Assembly: GCA_013166835.1 (NCBI GenBank)
Contig: JABLTI010000120.1
Coordinates: 1-12,205, forward strand
Reading direction: 5' to 3'
Source: Promethearchaeati archaeon
GTDB lineage: Archaea > Asgardarchaeota > Heimdallarchaeia > JABLTI01
Length of the DNA stretch: 12,205 nt
Shown one piece after another: positions 8,384-12,205 of this stretch. The notes below the pieces were generated by a model. The model saw only the letters and a program-made list of their open reading frames with translations. It was not told where the DNA came from and did no database searches. Numbering within the stretch: the first letter of the stretch is position 1; each line of letters starts with the position of its first letter. The position numbers and the translations under genes were made by a program.

Positions 8384-8986
8384 CTAAGATTTTTTCTTGA
8401 TTTCACCTTTCTTAACTTTCACTTCTTTTTCAAGTTCATCAATTTTACTTTCAAAAATATCTAATTTTACTTTTCGACCATCTAATCTTTCTCGGTTTGC
8501 TAGTTCTGCTTCCATAAGATATAGTAGTGTTTGTTGTTGCATTCTTTCCTCTAAATTTTCAGTATTTTCTTGAATTTGAATGGTAACTTCCTTTATTTTC
8601 TGCAATGAGGAATTTTCTTTAGCAGCCAAATAATTTTTGTTGATAGTGCCCATCACAATGTTTTCCAATATTTCACTAAATGGTGCTTTTTCTTGAATCC
8701 TCTCGCGGAATTCTTCTACAAGTGATTCTAAATCTTGTACTCCCATTAACGCAATTTCACTTGGAGTAATCTTTTTCCAGGAGAACTTGTACACTTCATT
8801 GAAAACACCATCATCAAGAATTTCTTCTAGTGAATCAGATGAAAACATAGTTTGTTTTTCTAGTTTTTTAACTTCCTCTTCTAATACTTGCATTTTCTGT
8901 TTCTTGCGCTCATGATAAGCTTTTTGTCGTTCAGACCTTGTTTCATATTTCCTTGGACGACCTGCTTTTCTTTTTTCTTCTGGCAT
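8384..8986 (-). CDS. Putative DNA-binding regulator: AT-hook, bZIP-like basic helix/short zipper and C-terminal coiled coil
   Basis: KRKAGRPRK is an AT-hook (core GRP). It is followed directly by RQKAYHERKKQKMQVLEEEVKKLEKQ. The gene is divergent from the palindrome-bearing genes. ATG 8986 was chosen; GTG 8995 is the alternative start. Confidence 0.65.
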   Translation of the reverse strand: MPEEKRKAGRPRKYETRSERQKAYHERKKQKMQVLEEEVKKLEKQTMFSSDSLEEILDDGVFNEVYKFSWKKITPSEIALMGVQDLESLVEEFRERIQEKAPFSEILENIVMGTINKNYLAAKENSSLQKIKEVTIQIQENTENLEERMQQQTLLYLMEAELANRERLDGRKVKLDIFESKIDELEKEVKVKKGEIKKKS

Positions 8987-9018
8987 ACTACCCACTCATT
9001 ATAACATCTAACTTAAAT

Positions 9019-9047
9019 CATATAAATATTTTCGTCTTACTACAAAA
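9019..9047 (-). promoter_or_regulatory. Operator box 1 (9030-9047) and adjacent TATA box (TTTATATG, 9026-9019, minus strand) of the putative regulator gene
   Basis: The minus strand reads TTTTGTAGTAAGACGAAA-ATA-TTTATATG, the same box-to-TATA geometry (within 1 bp) as the promoters at 9998 and 10912. Confidence 0.65.
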
Positions 9048-9072
9048 TATTTTTCATTTTTTGAACTCTTTG

Positions 9073-9090
9073 TTTTATCATTCTACAAAA
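9073..9090. promoter_or_regulatory. Operator box 2
   Basis: TTTTATCATTCTACAAAA matches TTTTGT-N6-ACAAAA with one arm mismatch. Confidence 0.6.
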
Positions 9091-9097
9091 CCCTCGG

Positions 9098-9156
9098 CAA
9101 AATACTTAAATATTTATACATCTATATTTGTCCCGAGACAAAAATTCTCTGGGAGG
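9098..9156 (+). promoter_or_regulatory. Promoter of secreted paralogue 1: BRE/TATA (CAAAATA-CTTAAATA), operator box 3 (9126-9143) and SD GGAGG (9152-9156)
   Basis: CAAAATACTTAAATA mirrors CAAAATACTTATATA at 10011-10025. Box 3 is ATTTGTCCCGAGACAAAA. Confidence 0.65.
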
Positions 9157-9165
9157 AGAAGAAAA

Positions 9166-9933
9166 ATTAAGTTAAAACATAAAAAAATAACATTTGTGTT
9201 CTTACTGCTTAGTTTACTCTTGACAACTATGGTTTCAGTTATTTCAGATGATGACGATGATCAAGTAGTTACCATACTAATCTGGTTGGAACATCCGGAA
9301 AAACAAGTAATAATTGATGAAATAATTCGTGCACTTGAAGAATGTGATTTGGAAGTAAATGCATTATATATGCCAACTTTTGAAGAATGGGCGGATTATG
9401 AAGGAGATTTTGATCTCTGGTACGGTGGAATTCAGTCTTTACCAAGAGATGGAGATATTTTCATGTATGCTTTCATTAATTATTTGCTATACGAATTTAT
9501 TATGATGTATGAAGATGCAAAAATCTCCAAAAATGTTGGCAAGCTCTGGGACATGTATTGGGAAGCAATGGATGACCCTGATGTTGTAGATGAAGCATTC
9601 ATAGATGATATGGTTGATGCATTCCAAGACATCGAAGAACGTCTTTGGGAAAAACAATATCTTTCAGTTTTTAACCGATGGTTAGAACCATCTTCATTCG
9701 AATGGGGGGACGTTCCTACAATGAAGACAGAAACACTCGGATACAATTGTTTGCCTGGTTACGTTTTTGCAGACCCTGCATTAAGATTAGAATTAAATGA
9801 GGAAATCGATCGTGATGTCTTTTTAGACTATCATTCATCCTATAATCCCTACAGTACCTATGAGGTTTATCACGCCTTCCAATGGTTGCCGTTCCACGAT
9901 ACTTCTTTACCAAATGAATATCCTGATGCTTGA
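9166..9933 (+). CDS. Secreted acidic protein resembling a circularly permuted domain III of family-5 ABC solute-binding proteins (paralogue 1); probable ATT start
   Basis: SD GGAGG, 9 nt, then ATT, giving the signal peptide IKLKHKKITFVFLLLSLLLTTMVSVIS. Motifs GDFDLWYGG, FQDIEERLWEKQYL and YNCLPGYVFADPALRLELNEEIDRD. The ORF-track start at 8938 runs through promoter DNA and overlaps the divergent gene. Confidence 0.7.
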   Translation: MKLKHKKITFVFLLLSLLLTTMVSVISDDDDDQVVTILIWLEHPEKQVIIDEIIRALEECDLEVNALYMPTFEEWADYEGDFDLWYGGIQSLPRDGDIFMYAFINYLLYEFIMMYEDAKISKNVGKLWDMYWEAMDDPDVVDEAFIDDMVDAFQDIEERLWEKQYLSVFNRWLEPSSFEWGDVPTMKTETLGYNCLPGYVFADPALRLELNEEIDRDVFLDYHSSYNPYSTYEVYHAFQWLPFHDTSLPNEYPDA

Positions 9934-9958
9934 TGAATTTATAACTCAATAATTAGTG

Positions 9959-9990
9959 TCCGGTTTTTAACCGGATCACACCTCTTTTTT
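9959..9990 (+). terminator. Hairpin plus T tract after paralogue 1
   Basis: TCCGGTT-TTT-AACCGGA (9959-9975), followed after a short spacer by TCTTTTTT (9983-9990). Confidence 0.65.
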
Positions 9991-9997
9991 CTAACAT

Positions 9998-10069
9998 TTT
10001 CGTAGAACTACAAAATACTTATATACACTACTAAATATATTTTGTCATGCTACAAAATCCTCTGGGAGG
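9998..10069 (+). promoter_or_regulatory. Promoter of paralogue 2: box 4 (9998-10015), TATA CTTATATA (10018-10025), box 5 (10040-10057) and SD GGAGG (10065-10069)
   Basis: TTTCGTAGAACTACAAAA and TTTTGTCATGCTACAAAA start 42 bp apart and flank the TATA box. Confidence 0.8.
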
Positions 10070-10078
10070 AGAAGAAAG

Positions 10079-10855
10079 ATTAGACTAAAACACAAAAAAA
10101 TAATTTCTTTAATAATACTGATGAGCTTCTTATCCTTACCTTTAGTGGGATCAAATGCATCAAAAGGGCAAGAATACATAGAGGTTGAGTATATTTGGGA
10201 GGGATACTTCCCAATTCCAATTGTGGAAGAGATGCAAGTGCAACTCTTTAAAGATGCCTTTGCAGAAGCTTTGGAATATGGTATCAAATTTACTCTACGA
10301 GCTGAGGGAGATATAGATGCTATTCTCGCTAGCGGAGATTATGACATAGTTAACTATTATCGTCCTAGAATGCCTGGTGATTCCTTTGAGATCCTTTTAT
10401 TTACCCTTGAAGACATGTTTCTCGATGGTTTGATTCAACACCGATGTTCACAACTTGAAAGAAAAATCATAAAACTACAAAGAATATATGATAGTTACAT
10501 CATTGCTGAGGGTGACAAACAGGTTCAACTTGAAGAAAAATTCATTGCAGAATTTCACAAAATTGAGCGAATTCTCTTTGAAAAGCAATTAATCTATGAT
10601 TACTGTTATTTCCCACCACCTGAGGCACCAATGATATTTTGTGACAAAATGAGTGTACTTAATTCAGCAAAAGGTCATGTTTTTTCCAACAATCATTTAC
10701 GTATTGCTATGGCTAATGTTTTCGATCGAGATTTCGTATGTGAAATCGTAAAGGTAGCACTTTCATTTATCGGTTTAGAATCAACTCAGTCCTATCATCT
10801 CTTTGGCTGGTCACAATATCACGACACTACTTTGCTTGAAGGTGTGCCTACATAA
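10079..10855 (+). CDS. Secreted protein resembling a circularly permuted domain III of family-5 ABC solute-binding proteins (paralogue 2); probable ATT start
   Basis: SD GGAGG, 9 nt, then ATT at 10079, in frame with ATG 10121. This gives the signal peptide IRLKHKKIISLIILMSFLSLPLVGSNA. Motifs YGIKFTL, SGDYDIV, FHKIERILFEKQLI and LNSAKGHVFSNNHLRIAMANVFDRD. Confidence 0.7.
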   Translation: MRLKHKKIISLIILMSFLSLPLVGSNASKGQEYIEVEYIWEGYFPIPIVEEMQVQLFKDAFAEALEYGIKFTLRAEGDIDAILASGDYDIVNYYRPRMPGDSFEILLFTLEDMFLDGLIQHRCSQLERKIIKLQRIYDSYIIAEGDKQVQLEEKFIAEFHKIERILFEKQLIYDYCYFPPPEAPMIFCDKMSVLNSAKGHVFSNNHLRIAMANVFDRDFVCEIVKVALSFIGLESTQSYHLFGWSQYHDTTLLEGVPT

Positions 10856-10875
10856 TTCTCAGTTAATTAGTACTT

Positions 10876-10904
10876 AACCGGATTCGCATCCGGTTCCTTT
10901 TTTT
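10876..10904 (+). terminator. Hairpin plus T tract after paralogue 2
   Basis: AACCGGAT-TCGC-ATCCGGTT (10876-10895), then CC and TTTTTTT (10898-10904). Confidence 0.75.
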
Positions 10905-10911
10905 ATCTGAT

Positions 10912-10982
10912 TTTTGTAGAACTACAAAATTCTTATATAGTACTTAAACTATATTTTGTCACACTACAAAATTGTTTGGAGG
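10912..10982 (+). promoter_or_regulatory. Promoter of the DUF4242-like gene: box 6 (10912-10929), TATA CTTATATA (10932-10939), box 7 (10954-10971) and SD GGAGG (10978-10982)
   Basis: TTTTGTAG-AA-CTACAAAA has perfect 8-bp arms; TTTTGTCACACTACAAAA starts 42 bp further on. Confidence 0.8.
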
Positions 10983-10993
10983 AAAAAACAAGT

Positions 10994-11272
10994 ATGGCGA
11001 AATTTTTGGTCGTTCATCCGGTGCCCATACCTGCAACAATAGAGGAAGCAACTCCAATTGGAAAAGCTTTCAAAGGATTGAGTAATAAGGATGCTTATTG
11101 GGTGAAGAGTTGGGCAATATTCGATGAGGAAGGAAAAGTAACAAAAATCTTATGTCAATGGGATGCAAAGGATATGGACTCCGTAAAGAAGCTTACCGAT
11201 AAAGTCGAAGCTATTCCTACTGAGGGAATTTATCCGATGGGCATCTTCCATGGCGAGGATTTCAGAGAATAA
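10994..11272 (+). CDS. Small DUF4242-like protein (dimeric alpha+beta barrel)
   Basis: The pattern MAKFLVVH...YWVKSW...KILCQWDAKDMDSV...IPTEGIYP resembles DUF4242. ATG 10994 follows SD GGAGG; the ORF-track TTG at 10976 overlaps the SD. Confidence 0.6.
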   Translation: MAKFLVVHPVPIPATIEEATPIGKAFKGLSNKDAYWVKSWAIFDEEGKVTKILCQWDAKDMDSVKKLTDKVEAIPTEGIYPMGIFHGEDFRE

Positions 11273-11341
11273 AGGTAGAAAAACAATCCATCAAAAACAT
11301 CTCCGTACGCGGGAAATTCTACCTATTCTCTTTCTTTTTTT
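11264..11341 (+). terminator. Long-loop stem plus T tract after the DUF4242-like gene
   Basis: AGAGAAT(AA)AGGTAGAA at 11264-11280 pairs with TTCTACCT-ATTCTCT at 11317-11331 and is followed by TTCTTTTTTT. Confidence 0.45.
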
Positions 11342-11343
11342 GT

Positions 11344-11361
11344 CTCCGTATGAATACAAAA
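11344..11361. promoter_or_regulatory. Possible degenerate operator box 8 upstream of the membrane protein gene
   Basis: CTCCGTATGAATACAAAA keeps GT-N6-ACAAAA but has lost most of the left T tract. Confidence 0.35.
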
Positions 11362-11404
11362 AGAATATTTAGTATAAGGTTCTAATAATAAACGGGTGTT
11401 GATA

Positions 11405-11842
11405 ATGAATAAAGCATATTATTACAAGTACATGTTCATGGTAGTGGGAATCGGTTATATCTTGGCAGCAGTAATTTTTGGTGTAATTTCTCCTTTGGAA
11501 GATAATTTTATGCATTTCTTTGGATTGGAACAAAATGTGCAGATTTGGCTGTGGCTGTATAGTTATCTGTTAGTGATAATGAGTCTAGGGTTCATGTATT
11601 TCCTCGTAGGATTAGATATTACAAAAAACCACCTAGTGATTTCTGCAGGAATGATTTTTAAAATATCTCAATTTCTATTGTGGCTTATTGTTTATTTGAT
11701 GGGTAATTGCCATTATACTTTACTCATTGTGGGAGCTGTTGATCTTGTATTCGCTGCTTTATTCATAGAGTTCTTTGTTAATTTTAAGAAACTCGATCCT
11801 ACAGATATTGTTTTAGCTTATCCTGTTCGAAAAGATAGCTAG
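11405..11842 (+). CDS. Hypothetical membrane protein with about four TM helices
   Basis: Four hydrophobic stretches: MFMVVGIGYILAAVIFGVI, WLWLYSYLLVIMSLGFMYFLVGL, GMIFKISQFLLWLIVYLMG and LLIVGAVDLVFAALFIEFFV. ATG 11405 follows SD-like GGGTG at 11394-11398. Confidence 0.75.
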   Translation: MNKAYYYKYMFMVVGIGYILAAVIFGVISPLEDNFMHFFGLEQNVQIWLWLYSYLLVIMSLGFMYFLVGLDITKNHLVISAGMIFKISQFLLWLIVYLMGNCHYTLLIVGAVDLVFAALFIEFFVNFKKLDPTDIVLAYPVRKDS

Positions 11843-11977
11843 CAATCCTTCTTTCTTCTTTTATTTACAAACAACAACATTCATTTACTTGAAAGAACAT
11901 TAATTCTCTAGTTTATTGATAGAGTAGTATTTGCATTTGTTAAATTTCCATTACTAAAATGAACGTTGGTGACCAAT

Positions 11978-12205
11978 TTGTCGATTTATGATGACATGCT
12001 TAGTGACGAAGAATACTTGAAAAAGTATGATCTTAAGAGAAATCCTTTTGATAAAATTTCAGCTGAATCCATGACTGCTGATGAAATTACCAATATGCAT
12101 GTAATTACTGCTGCGGACAAGAAGATTGCTTCTAATCTCTCTACTATAATAAATGGTGGTTCAGCTACTGTTGCTCTTATAGGGGAATACGGTTCAGGTA
12201 AATCT
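11978..12205 (+). CDS. P-loop NTPase/AAA+ ATPase, N-terminal fragment (3'-truncated; not in the ORF track)
   Basis: TTG 11978 follows SD GGTGA (11968-11972). The frame is open to the window end: SIYDDMLSDEEYLKKYDLKRNPFD...TVALIGEYGSGKS (Walker A). Confidence 0.8.
   Translation, partial: MSIYDDMLSDEEYLKKYDLKRNPFDKISAESMTADEITNMHVITAADKKIASNLSTIINGGSATVALIGEYGSGKS

Noticed and set aside
8938-9165. N-terminal 76 codons of the ORF-track 331-aa protein
   Set aside because: They overlap the divergent gene and run across operators, TATA and SD. They are low-complexity F/L/I/N translation of AT-rich DNA, and the paralogue has no start codon for an equivalent extension.
9148-9177. SGRRRKI as a twin-arginine (Tat) signal in both paralogues
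   Set aside because: It is the translation of the SD/purine spacer, has no upstream start within the predicted transcript, and does not fit S/T-R-R-x-F-L-K.
9931-9936. TGATGA as selenocysteine or read-through
   Set aside because: The paralogue ends at the equivalent position with TAA, and a terminator follows.
10047-10088. 13-codon upstream ORF MLQNPLGGEERLD overlapping the ATT start
   Set aside because: Its ATG lies in the variable centre of box 5 and is absent from the equivalent boxes at 9126 and 10954.
7285-10287. Small ORFs 7285-7494(+), 9480-9746(-), 9716-9949(-) and 10045-10287(-)
   Set aside because: They are antisense to better-supported genes and show no recognisable protein features.
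9030-10971. CRISPR array, IS/MITE ends or integron attC sites as the explanation for the repeated palindromes
   Set aside because: The copies are degenerate, come in twos or threes tied to TATA/SD positions, and have no unique-spacer array or target duplications. There is no cas, transposase or integrase gene in the window.

Overview
AT-rich prokaryotic window, most likely archaeal and possibly Asgard/Heimdallarchaeia-like. This is inferred from TATA-type promoters, GGAGG/GGTG Shine-Dalgarno (SD) sites and the type of long TPR protein present. Left part: the end of an operon encoding an HdrB-like CCG protein (5'-truncated), a [2Fe-2S]+2x[4Fe-4S] protein and a fumarate reductase/succinate dehydrogenase-family flavoprotein. 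A DAO-family FAD oxidoreductase follows, apparently missing about 10 residues of its C-terminal FAD helix, and then two paralogous TPR proteins on the minus strand. Right part (8384-11842) is the most interesting and looks like a compact regulon. A divergently transcribed protein carries an AT-hook followed by a bZIP-like basic/zipper segment. Seven copies, plus one weak copy, of an 18-bp palindrome TTTTGT-N6-ACAAAA bracket the TATA boxes of this gene and of three downstream genes. Two of those genes are secreted paralogues that appear to start at ATT and look like circularly permuted, single-lobe versions of domain III of family-5 (OppA/DppA) solute-binding proteins. A DUF4242-like gene and a 4-TM membrane protein follow. 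The window ends inside a P-loop ATPase gene. All family calls come from motif recognition by eye; no searches were run.
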